From contig JBHIBG010000037.1 in NCBI GenBank assembly GCA_046758965.1, positions 1 to 24,876 of the forward strand: DNA of 24,876 bases. Direction: 5' to 3'. Positions within the stretch are counted from its first letter, which is position 1. Every line of letters starts with the position of its first letter. Position numbers and translations under genes: made by a program. Source of the DNA: Candidatus Methylomirabilia bacterium. GTDB lineage: Bacteria > Methylomirabilota > Methylomirabilia > Rokubacteriales > CSP1-6. This document shows positions 17,107 through 24,876 of this stretch, one piece after another. The notes beneath the pieces were generated by a model that did no database searches, was not told where the DNA came from, and saw only the letters and a program-made list of their open reading frames with translations.

Positions 17107-17394
17107 TTACTCGATAATGCCAAGAATCTCCTCCTCGCGCAGGATCAGATACTCCTCCTCTTCGATCTTGACCTCGGAGCCCGAGTACCTCCCGAACAAC
17201 ACGCGGTCTCCGCTTTTCACGTCCAGGGCGATACGCTGGCCGTTTTCCAGGAGCTTGCCGTTCCCGACCGCGACCACCTTGCCTTCTTGCGGCTTTTCCT
17301 TCGCGGTGTCAGGGATGATAATGCCCCCCCGGCGGACCTCCTGTTCCTCCAACCGCTTAACCAGAACCCGATCATGCAGCGGCCGAACCTTCAT
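17107..17394 (-). CDS. groS: Co-chaperonin GroES
   Basis: [14 protein letters not shown]...[28 protein letters not shown]. Confidence 0.98.
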   Translation of the reverse strand: MKVRPLHDRVLVKRLEEQEVRRGGIIIPDTAKEKPQEGKVVAVGNGKLLENGQRIALDVKSGDRVLFGRYSGSEVKIEEEEYLILREEEILGIIE

Positions 17395-17443
17395 TGCCTC
17401 CTCTCCTCCCTTCGCTCGTGTAGTTAGCCTCAGACTCGAGGCG

Positions 17444-17470
17444 TTAGCACTCACCTGAGCCGAGCGCTAA
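17444..17470 (-). promoter_or_regulatory. CIRCE element (HrcA operator)
   Basis: Plus TTAGCACTC-N9-GAGCGCTAA, one mismatch to the consensus, upstream of groES. Confidence 0.92.
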
Positions 17471-17497
17471 CATACCGACATCAGGTCAAAGAATCAA
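17469..17497 (-). promoter_or_regulatory. groESL promoter TTGATT-17-TATGTT abutting CIRCE
   Basis: Plus aatcaa at 17492-17497 and aacata at 17469-17474. Confidence 0.65.
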
Positions 17498-17580
17498 GGG
17501 GAAAAAAGAGGAGCGGGAGATTCGGATTCAACCTCTATTTGCGTATTTTTCACTTTAGTATCAGAATTTTGGTATTTTGG

Positions 17581-17771
17581 GGCCACACCGTGGCCGCGAC
17601 TCCCCATAACCCGCTGTGCGCCAAGGGGGTGGGAGAGGCCGGCTGATGGGGTCCCCGCAGGCCGGCGTGAACGCCGTCATGGACTCGGTCGCTCCATTCG
17701 GGATCCGCCATCTCGACATGCCGCTGACCCCCGAAAGGATCGGGCGCGCGATCCAGGCGGCGAGGGGGTGA
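17581..17771 (+). pseudogene. C-terminal remnant of a xanthine dehydrogenase/CoxL-family molybdopterin-binding subunit, frameshifted
   Basis: GHTVAATPHNPLCAKGVGEAG* then, after a frame change at about 17644-17646, MGSPQAGVNAVMDSVAPFGIRHLDMPLTPERIGRAIQAARG*. Confidence 0.8.
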
Positions 17772-17823
17772 CGAGAGTTCAGGATCGGTCGACATCGCCA
17801 CCCGGCAGGCGCCAGGCGTTGGA

Positions 17824-18630
17824 CTAGCGGGTGCGCCCGATCGCCAGGGCGAGATGGGCGAGAAGCTCGCCCACTTGCTCTCCGGCCGGCTCCTCGAACC
17901 AGCGAAGCCGCTCCCTCAACCCGACAGCCTCGCCAATGACAGCCACCACGGGAGGCCGGATGCCCTTGCTCCTGTCGACGATGTTGGCCAGGGTGCCGAT
18001 GACCGTCTTTTGGGCCTCCGTCGTCCCCCAACGAATCAGCGCCACGGGGGTGTCGGGCGAGCGGCCGTGGGCGACAAGCGCGCCCACGATCCGCGGCAGG
18101 GCTGTGACCCCCATCAGGACCACGAGGGTGTCCACGGCGGTCGCTAGCTGAGCCCAGTTCACGGCCGGCTCATCCTTCGCGGGGTCCTCGTGGCCCGTCA
18201 CGACCGCAAAGGAGGAGGAAAGCTTCCGGTGCGTGAGCGGAATGCCGGCGTAGGCCGGAACCGCCACGGCCGAGCTGACTCCAGGGACCACTTCGAAAGG
18301 AATCCTCGCCTCCGCCAGCGCCTCGGCCTCCTCCCCGCCCCGCCCAAAGATGAAGGGATCGCCCCCCTTGAGCCTGACCACCCGGTGGCCGCGGCGCGCG
18401 TGAGCGATGAGCAGGGTGTTGATCTGCTCCTGAGGCAGATGGTGGGTGCCGGTCAGCTTGCCGGCGAAGATGCGGAGCGCCTCGGGTGGCGCCTCGTCCA
18501 GGAGAGCCGGGTTGAGCAGGCGATCGTACACCACCACCTCCGCCTCACGCAGCAAGGCCAGGCCCCGGACCGTTAGGAGACCCGGATCGCCCGGACCCGC
18601 CCCCACCAGGTATACCGTGCCTACCGACAT
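17824..18630 (-). CDS. cobA: Uroporphyrinogen-III C-methyltransferase (SUMT)
   Basis: VYLVGAGPGDPGLLT, VVRLKGGDPFIFGRGGEE and VPGVSSA. Confidence 0.95.
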   Translation of the reverse strand: MSVGTVYLVGAGPGDPGLLTVRGLALLREAEVVVYDRLLNPALLDEAPPEALRIFAGKLTGTHHLPQEQINTLLIAHARRGHRVVRLKGGDPFIFGRGGEEAEALAEARIPFEVVPGVSSAVAVPAYAGIPLTHRKLSSSFAVVTGHEDPAKDEPAVNWAQLATAVDTLVVLMGVTALPRIVGALVAHGRSPDTPVALIRWGTTEAQKTVIGTLANIVDRSKGIRPPVVAVIGEAVGLRERLRWFEEPAGEQVGELLAHLALAIGRTR

Positions 18631-19265
18631 CGCGCGGCTCCCAGTCCCTCGAGCAGGTAGCTTTTCGCTTCCTCCCGCTTCCCTTCGGCAATGAGACGGC
18701 GGAGATGGGGACCCAGCACCCGGTTCCACACCTCGCCATCCAGAGAGCCGGCGCGCTGTCGCAGCTCCCGTCGGACCCCGGCGACCAGCTCGGCCAGCCG
18801 TGCGTAATCCTCCGTGAAGTAGGCATCCAGCTCCTCGCGGATGGCCCGGGCCAGGGCAGGGCTCGCCCCGCCAGTCCCCACCGCCACTACCAGCTTCCCC
18901 CGCCGGAGGACCGAGGGCAGAATGAAGTCCGAGCGCGCCGGGTCGTCAGCCACGTTGACCCAGATACCCCGCGCCCGTCCATCCCGGGCCACCGCCGCGT
19001 TCACCTCGCGGCCATCCACCGCCACAAAGGCGATCTCATGCCCGTCGAGGTCTTCGGCGCGGTACGCGCGGGGCACGTGGTGAAGCCGGCCGTCCCTGGC
19101 CCACGAGGCGAGGCGCTCGGTCAGAATGGGACTGACCAGCGTGACCCGTGCCCCGACACCCAGGAGGCCCTTCACCTTCCGCTCGGCCACGCGACCGCCC
19201 CCGACGACGAGACAGGGGCGCTCCCTCATCTCCACAAAGACGGGAAAGTACGTGCTGTCAGCCAT
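18621..19265 (-). CDS. Precorrin-2 dehydrogenase/sirohydrochlorin ferrochelatase (CysG N-terminal/SirC/Met8-like)
   Basis: YFPVF, LVVGGGRVAERK, VNVADDP and GTGGASPALAR. Confidence 0.92.
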   Translation of the reverse strand: MADSTYFPVFVEMRERPCLVVGGGRVAERKVKGLLGVGARVTLVSPILTERLASWARDGRLHHVPRAYRAEDLDGHEIAFVAVDGREVNAAVARDGRARGIWVNVADDPARSDFILPSVLRRGKLVVAVGTGGASPALARAIREELDAYFTEDYARLAELVAGVRRELRQRAGSLDGEVWNRVLGPHLRRLIAEGKREEAKSYLLEGLGAARCR

Positions 19266-20442
19266 TCCTGGCCCACTCGGCGAGGACGGCGGCGACCTCG
19301 GGGCGCGTGAACTCCGGGGGGAGCGGCTCCCCACGTCTCAGCAACTCGCGGACCCTGGTCCCCGAGAGCGCCACGCGATCCCCGTCCCCATGAGGGCATG
19401 TCTTGACCGAGGCGACGGCGTCGCACCGGCGGCAGAAGAAGGTTTCCGTGAAGAACAACGGCTCGATGCCAAGCTCCTCCCGGCGAAAAGATCTGAGGAG
19501 ATCGTGGGCGGCATAGGGGGCATAGTAGCGCCCCACGCCAGCGGCGTCGCGCCCGACGATGAAGTGTGTGCAGCCGTAGTTCTTCCTCACCAGCGCGTGG
19601 AAGGTCGCTTCACGCGGGCCGGCGTACCGCATGGCCCCGGGGAACACCGCGAGCATCACGCGATCCGCGGGATAGTAGTGATGAAGGAGCGCCCGGTAGC
19701 ACCGGAAGCGGACCTCGGAGGGGACGTCATCCAGCTTGGTCTTCCCCACCAGCGGGTGCAGCAGGAGGCCGTCCATCAGCTCGAGCGTACACTTCTGGAT
19801 GTACTCGTGGGAGCGATGGATCGGGTTCCGGGTCTGAAACGCCACGACCGTGCGCCAGCCGCGCTCCCGGAACAGGGCCCGGGTCCGGCCCGGATCGAGC
19901 CTGTACTCCTCGAACCCGGGCCAGGGCGGCCGGCTGATCAGATCCACCTGCCCGCCGAGCAGGATCTCTCCGCGGCCCATGAGATACGCGACCCCGGGAT
20001 GGCCGAGATCCTCCGTCCCGTACACAAGGCGCGCCTCCTCCCGTCGGCCGTACGGATATTTCTCCTCGAGGTGAAGGGCCCCGATCACCTCTTCCCACGG
20101 GGCGACCAGCGCCAGCCGCGAGCCTTCCTTCAGGCCAGCGGCATCCTCTCGCTTCACCGCCAGCGTGATGGGGAGCGGCCAGAGGCATCCGTTCGCCAGG
20201 CGCATCTCCTCGAGAACGCGCCGGTAGTCCGCCTGCCCCATGAAGCCCTCGAGAGGGCTGAAGGCCCCGGCGGCGAGCAGCTCGAGATCAGACATCGCGC
20301 GGGCGTTGAGGACGAGCTTCTGCAGCTCCGCGGCCTCAGCGAGCGCCTCGGCGCGCGCCTCACCGGCAAGGACGCGGTCCACGAGCGCGCCCCCGTGTGG
20401 GGCGATTAGGCCAGCGTCGTGGAGCGCACTCCCAGCGTTCAT
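19258..20442 (-). CDS. sat: Sulfate adenylyltransferase (Sat type)
   Basis: PHGGALV, FSPLEGFM, VAFQTRNPIHRSHE, MRYAGPREA and HFIVGRD. Confidence 0.96.
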   Translation of the reverse strand: MNAGSALHDAGLIAPHGGALVDRVLAGEARAEALAEAAELQKLVLNARAMSDLELLAAGAFSPLEGFMGQADYRRVLEEMRLANGCLWPLPITLAVKREDAAGLKEGSRLALVAPWEEVIGALHLEEKYPYGRREEARLVYGTEDLGHPGVAYLMGRGEILLGGQVDLISRPPWPGFEEYRLDPGRTRALFRERGWRTVVAFQTRNPIHRSHEYIQKCTLELMDGLLLHPLVGKTKLDDVPSEVRFRCYRALLHHYYPADRVMLAVFPGAMRYAGPREATFHALVRKNYGCTHFIVGRDAAGVGRYYAPYAAHDLLRSFRREELGIEPLFFTETFFCRRCDAVASVKTCPHGDGDRVALSGTRVRELLRRGEPLPPEFTRPEVAAVLAEWARNG

Positions 20443-20455
20443 GGTCACGATCCCC

Positions 20456-21211
20456 TCAGGTGATCAGGTGGAGGCCGGCCACCATCAAGACGACGGCCAG
20501 CACCGGACGCAGCACCCACTCCGGGCTCCAGACCGAGAGCCGGGCGCCCAGGAGAATGCCGGGAATCGAGCCAGCGAGAATGGTCAGGGTGAGCTGGAGG
20601 TTGAAGTGACCCATCCACGCGTGTACCGCCCCGGCCGGCGCAGTAAGCAGGGCGCCGTGGAGGAGATCGGTGCCGACGATCCGAACGCTCGGCATGGCCG
20701 TGGCCAGCGCGAGGAACGCCACCAGCACGGTCCCACTGCCGACGGAGGAGATTCCCACGAGCAGGCCGACCCCGAAGCCGGCGGCGACGAACCACCGTCG
20801 GTCGAGGGCGACCCGTCCCGAGAGCGGGCGGCCCGAGGAGAAGAGCCGGAGGAGCATGGCAAGGGAAGCGATCACCAGCGCCATGCCCAGCACCTTCGTC
20901 ACGACCAGATTCGGATCGCTCCCGCGCACGCGGGTCACGGCCAAGAGGGCGATCCCGGTCAGGGCGCCGGGGACGCTGCCGAGGAGCAGCATACCGGTGA
21001 GCCTCACATCCGGCGTGCCCCGCCGCCAGTGGATGACGGCCCCCACGAGCTTGGTGACCGCGGAATAGACCAGATCCACGCCGACCGCCACCAGGGGAGC
21101 CACGCCCAGACCGAGAATCAACATGGGGCCCATCAGGGCGCCACCACCCATCCCCGTGAGGCCGACGAGGACGCCGGTGAGGAAGCCGAACGCCACCGGG
21201 GTCGGTTCCAC
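20456..21211 (-). CDS. TauE/SafE (TSUP) family sulfur-oxyanion transporter
   Basis: GLTGMGGGALM, AVGVDL, SSVGSG and IVGTDL. About 8 hydrophobic segments. Confidence 0.9.
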   Translation of the reverse strand: MEPTPVAFGFLTGVLVGLTGMGGGALMGPMLILGLGVAPLVAVGVDLVYSAVTKLVGAVIHWRRGTPDVRLTGMLLLGSVPGALTGIALLAVTRVRGSDPNLVVTKVLGMALVIASLAMLLRLFSSGRPLSGRVALDRRWFVAAGFGVGLLVGISSVGSGTVLVAFLALATAMPSVRIVGTDLLHGALLTAPAGAVHAWMGHFNLQLTLTILAGSIPGILLGARLSVWSPEWVLRPVLAVVLMVAGLHLIT

Positions 21212-21214
21212 GGC

Positions 21215-21940
21215 TCATCGGGGCTGATGGAGGCCGCACTCTTTCGCCGCGGGGTTCCCCTCCCACCACCAGCGCCCGGCCCGCAGGTCCTCGCCGGGCT
21301 TGACCGCCCGCGTGCACGGGGCGCAGCCGATGCTCGGGTAGCCCCGGTCGTGCAGGGCGTTGTAAGGCACGTTGCGGGCTCGGATGTACGCCCACACCTG
21401 ATCCCACGTCCAGTCGGCGAGAGGGTTCACCTTGACGATCCCGCCGGAGTCAGGGTCGACCTCCACCTTCCGGACGAGGGTGCGCGTCACGGCCTGCTCC
21501 CGCCTGAGCCCGGTGATCCAGGCGTCGAGCCCCGCGAGGGCCCGCCCCAGGGGTTCGACCTTCCGCACGCCGCAGCAGAGTTCGCGGTTCTCCACACTCC
21601 TGTAGAAGAGGTTCACGCCGTGCTCGCGCACCATGGCCTCCACGGCCTCGGCCTGGGGAAAGTAGACCTCAGCGGCAAGGCCGTACCGCTCCCGGATCGC
21701 CTCCACGAGGCCATAAGTCTCCGCGGGGAGCCGGCCCGTGTCGAGGGTGAAGACCCGCGCCTTCCGGTCGAGGGCCATCAGCATGTCGATGACCACCACG
21801 TCTTCTGCCCCAAAGCTCGCGGCAAGCGCGATGCGAGGGTGAAACTCCGCCAGGGCCCAGGAGAGGATCTCCTGGGCTGTCCTCGACTCCAGCTCCTCGC
21901 TGCGGGTCCGAATGGTTTCCTGCAGGTCACGAACGGGCAT
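21215..21940 (-). CDS. cysH: APS/PAPS reductase, [4Fe-4S]-containing APS-reductase type
   Basis: SFGAED, LDTG, CCGVRK, SIGCAPCT and KECGLH. Confidence 0.95.
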   Translation of the reverse strand: MPVRDLQETIRTRSEELESRTAQEILSWALAEFHPRIALAASFGAEDVVVIDMLMALDRKARVFTLDTGRLPAETYGLVEAIRERYGLAAEVYFPQAEAVEAMVREHGVNLFYRSVENRELCCGVRKVEPLGRALAGLDAWITGLRREQAVTRTLVRKVEVDPDSGGIVKVNPLADWTWDQVWAYIRARNVPYNALHDRGYPSIGCAPCTRAVKPGEDLRAGRWWWEGNPAAKECGLHQPR

Positions 21941-22766
21941 AGTGCTCCTCCTGGTCAGCGAGGTAGTCGGAAATGGCGTGCACGAGCGCGCCCATGGTGT
22001 TCTTGTCGGACTGAATCCGCGGAACGATCCCGAGCCCGGACACGGTCGCACGGCAAATCGGCCCGACGACGGCCACGGTCACGGGGCCGCGCAGGGCGGC
22101 CAGGAGCCGTTCTCCCAGGCCCAGATGGGTGGCCACGGAGAACACGTGCTTGATCTGGGGCGAGCTCGTGAACGCCAGGACGTCGATCCCTCCGCAGAGG
22201 AGGTCGTGGACCAGCCGGATCAGCGGCTCCTGATTTTCCGGGAGCGCCCACTCGTAGAGGGGAATTTCCAGCACCGTCGCGCCTCGGGCTCTCAGCCCCT
22301 CCACGAGGAACGGGTTCTCCTCGCCGTACAGCTGGACCGCTACCACCTTGCCGCGCACCTCGTAATCCGCCTCCGCAAAGGCGCGCAGAAGCCCTTCGGA
22401 GGTCGGCTCCCGTGGCACCAGATCGATCCGAACCGCGGCCTCCCGGAGCACCGCGATCGGCTTGGGGCCTCGGGCTGCGACAACCATCCCGGCCAGAGCC
22501 TGGAGGAGCCCCTCACGCTTCCCCGCCTCTGCCGCGAGGCTCAGGAAGGCGCGCGTCCCCACTCCGGTCAGGAAGACGACTACCCCCACCTCGCCCCGGC
22601 AGATCCGGTCGAGCACGTCGAGCGCTGGAGCCCGGTCGAGACGGGGGACCTCCCGGACCGCCGGCGCGGAGTACGGCACGCCGCCAAGCTTCGCGATGAG
22701 GGTGGCGAGCTCCGCGGCGCGACGGGCCTCGGTGATGGCCACGGTCTTCCCGCGAAGAGGCCCCAT
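21927..22766 (-). CDS. hemD: Uroporphyrinogen-III synthase
   Basis: LRGKTVAITEARRA, FLTGVG, ARGPK, FTSSPQ and VGPIC. Located in the siroheme operon. Confidence 0.88.
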   Translation of the reverse strand: MGPLRGKTVAITEARRAAELATLIAKLGGVPYSAPAVREVPRLDRAPALDVLDRICRGEVGVVVFLTGVGTRAFLSLAAEAGKREGLLQALAGMVVAARGPKPIAVLREAAVRIDLVPREPTSEGLLRAFAEADYEVRGKVVAVQLYGEENPFLVEGLRARGATVLEIPLYEWALPENQEPLIRLVHDLLCGGIDVLAFTSSPQIKHVFSVATHLGLGERLLAALRGPVTVAVVGPICRATVSGLGIVPRIQSDKNTMGALVHAISDYLADQEEHYARS

Positions 22767-22783
22767 AGGCGCCTCGCCCCTCA

Positions 22784-24583
22784 CTATGCCGCGCACTCGC
22801 CGGGACCGGTCTCGAGCTTGAAGCCCTCCTCCGCACCCCAGTCCAGGTAGTTGTCTGGCGCCTCGGCCGACGGCGGGACCTCGGTCCACGGCGCGAGCAC
22901 CGCCTTCATGCGCTCCAGGCCCGCACGGTCGACAAAGGCGTTGAACGACTCGCCAGCCGTCCGCTCGCGCCGGTAGAGTTCAAGGAGCGTCTTGACCGCC
23001 TGGGGAACCTGCTTCGCCGGGATCCGCGCGACCGGCTTCGCGAAAGAGGGGTTGCCGGGCTCCAGGCGACCGCCGAGCAGGAGCTGGTACGTGGGGGCCT
23101 GTTCGCCGTGGAACTTCTTGGCGCCGCCATAGAAGCCCAGGCTGGCGAGATGATGCTGTCCGCACGAGTTGGGGCACCCCGAGATCTTGATCCGGATGCC
23201 GGCCTCGTCGGCAAGCTCGCCGAGCTCCTGCTCGATCACCTGGCCGATCGCGAACGCGAGACCCCGGGACGACGTGATTCCAAGCTGGCAGGTGTCCGCG
23301 CCCGGGCACGCGGTGATGTCAATCAGTCGCTCGGCGCCCGCCAGCGCGAGCCCGGCTCCTGCCAGGACCGCGTGGAGCTCCGGGAGCGCGTCGGCGGGGA
23401 TCCAGCGGAGGAGGAAGTTCTGCTGGTTCGTGCTCCGCACCGCGCCGTCGCCGAACTCGCGCGCCGCACGGGCCAGGGCCCGGAACTGTGCGGAGGTCAT
23501 GTCCCCGCGAAGCAGCCGGACGTGAACCGCCGCGTAGCCGGGCTGCTTCTGCGGCACGACATTCGTCCTGCTCCAGCGCCGATAGGCTGGATCGGCGCCG
23601 GGGGAGGCCCCCCGCCTCCGCGCTCTCGGGATAGGCACGCGCTCCTCCCAGGGCAGCGCCACCGGGAACTTGCCGGCCATCGTGAGGCGAAGCCCATCCC
23701 GCTCGCGAAGGATCAGGGCGCGCAGCTGATCGATCCCGAGCTTCTGCACCACGAACTTGAGCCGGGCCAGATTGCGGTTTTCGCGGTTGCCATGCCGATC
23801 GAAGACCCGCACGATCGCTGCCACAGTCGGGAGGAGATCCTGAACGGCCGTGAACTCCTCGAGCGGCTGCGCCAGGCGCGGCGCCGCCCCGAGGCCGCCG
23901 CCGAGCAGGATCTCAAATCCCCGGGCAGAGGAGCCCTCCGCGGTCCGCACCGCTGCCCGAGCGCCGATGTCGTGGATCGGCGTCAACCCCGTGTCGTCGT
24001 CGCAGCCAGAGAAGGCAATCTTGAACTTCCGGGGCAAGTTCTGGTTCATCGGGTTCCGGAGGAGAAAGCGGGTAACGGCGTCGGCGTACGGCGTGGGATC
24101 GAAGGGCTCCTTCGGACAGATGCCGGCACACTGCCCCACCGTGACGTTGCGCACCGTGTTCCCGCACGCCTCCCGCGTCGTCAGCCCCGCCTCCGCAAGC
24201 GACCGCAGCAGCGCGGGCACTTCGACAAGCGGAACGAAGTGAAACTGCATGTTCTGCCGGGTCGTCACGTGTCCGACACCGCGGGGCGTCTTGTCGGCGA
24301 TGTCGGCGAGGCGCTCGAGTTGGGCCGCCGTGAGGCCCCCCCACGGGATCTTGACGCGGACCATCTGCACGTCCTGCTGACGCTGGCCGTAGACCCCGTG
24401 CTGCAGGCGAAAGCGTTTGAACTCGTCCGGGTCCACGCGACCGGCCCAGAACTCCTCCACGAACCGGTTGAACGTGTCGATCTCGCTGTCGTCGGCCCAT
24501 GAGGGGGGGTTCGCGGGGCCGATCCCCCGGTCGGGAAGCTCCTCGAGCTGGGGGCCGTACTCGGCTACTGGCGAAAGACCCAT
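22784..24583 (-). CDS. sir: Siroheme/[4Fe-4S] sulfite (nitrite) reductase, ferredoxin-dependent type
   Basis: RLQHGVYGQRQ, TTRQNMQ, ACGNTVRN, LPRKFKIA, CPGADTC and SGCPNSCGQH. Context with cysH and sat indicates sulfite as substrate. Confidence 0.92.
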   Translation of the reverse strand: MGLSPVAEYGPQLEELPDRGIGPANPPSWADDSEIDTFNRFVEEFWAGRVDPDEFKRFRLQHGVYGQRQQDVQMVRVKIPWGGLTAAQLERLADIADKTPRGVGHVTTRQNMQFHFVPLVEVPALLRSLAEAGLTTREACGNTVRNVTVGQCAGICPKEPFDPTPYADAVTRFLLRNPMNQNLPRKFKIAFSGCDDDTGLTPIHDIGARAAVRTAEGSSARGFEILLGGGLGAAPRLAQPLEEFTAVQDLLPTVAAIVRVFDRHGNRENRNLARLKFVVQKLGIDQLRALILRERDGLRLTMAGKFPVALPWEERVPIPRARRRGASPGADPAYRRWSRTNVVPQKQPGYAAVHVRLLRGDMTSAQFRALARAAREFGDGAVRSTNQQNFLLRWIPADALPELHAVLAGAGLALAGAERLIDITACPGADTCQLGITSSRGLAFAIGQVIEQELGELADEAGIRIKISGCPNSCGQHHLASLGFYGGAKKFHGEQAPTYQLLLGGRLEPGNPSFAKPVARIPAKQVPQAVKTLLELYRRERTAGESFNAFVDRAGLERMKAVLAPWTEVPPSAEAPDNYLDWGAEEGFKLETGPGECAA

Positions 24584-24646
24584 GGGGTGTCCCTCCAAAC
24601 GTGCTCCAGCGTGTCAATAGACGTTTCTCGATCGAGAATGCCATTA

Positions 24647-24675
24647 ACTCTAGTCAGATCAGACTACCTTGTCAA
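24647..24675 (-). promoter_or_regulatory. sir operon promoter TTGACA-17-TAGAGT
   Basis: Plus tgtcaa at 24670-24675 and actcta at 24647-24652. Confidence 0.65.
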
Positions 24676-24822
24676 GCGGAAAAGTCAGCAAGCCAGGTAC
24701 TCGGAAAGCTCTGCGAAAAAGAGGGGCTGGAAGGTGCTCGCGGCCAGGACCGGCTATGGGCGGAAACGCCGCTCAGATCCCGGCCCAGAGGGAAGGGCGC
24801 CGGGGGGGGAGACGGCTCTTGG

Positions 24823-24876
24823 CTAGGCCATCTTCAGCGTGATCCCTTCGATCACGTTGACCACATCCTCACACAG
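24823..24876 (-). CDS. 3' end of a probable DUF47 (PhoU-like phosphate transport regulator) gene, truncated by the window edge
   Basis: LCEDVVNVIEGITLKMA* resembles the DUF47 C-terminus (CEDVANxIEGIVLK). Only 17 residues are visible. Confidence 0.6.
   Translation of the reverse strand: MCEDVVNVIEGITLKMA

Noticed and set aside
15449..17458. 669-aa plus-strand ORF
   Set aside because: It is the antisense shadow of groEL/groES, a common artefact in high-GC genes, and has low-complexity His/Leu/Arg/Gly composition.
20240..24502. Long plus-strand ORFs (637, 312 and 464 aa)
   Set aside because: They are antisense to well-supported sulfate assimilation genes and have no recognisable motifs.
1..24876. 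CRISPR array, tRNA genes, transposases or integrases
   Set aside because: I saw no regularly spaced repeats, cloverleaf sequences or recombinase motifs by eye. tRNAscan-SE and a CRISPR finder would confirm this.

Overview
High-GC bacterial chromosomal window. The gene content looks like Candidatus Rokubacteria/Methylomirabilota, but that is an unverified impression. Almost all genes are on the minus strand. Left half: a hydroxyacid-oxoacid transhydrogenase (+), a membrane-anchored beta-repeat protein, alkaline phosphatase, an LLM oxidoreductase, a ComEA-like HhH protein, an HNH nuclease, a PPOX F420-type oxidoreductase, an MFS exporter, a tandem DUF971-like protein and a KimA-like K+ transporter. 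Right half: rpsF-ssb-rpsR-rplI-dnaB, CIRCE-groES-groEL, a frameshifted remnant of a CoxL/xanthine-dehydrogenase-family gene, an assimilatory sulfate reduction/siroheme operon (sir-hemD-cysH-tauE-sat-sirC-cobA) and the 3' end of a probable DUF47 gene. Two things stand out. (1) An unannotated, heavily structured minus-strand unit of about 330 nt (about 5325-5655) contains 21 nt complementary to the canonical 16S rRNA 3' end, running into a 13-codon ORF and ending in a terminator-like fold. (2) The genes for both partners of the S6:S18 heterodimer appear to use non-canonical start codons (rpsF CTG, rpsR ATT); rpsR is missing from the supplied ORF track for that reason.
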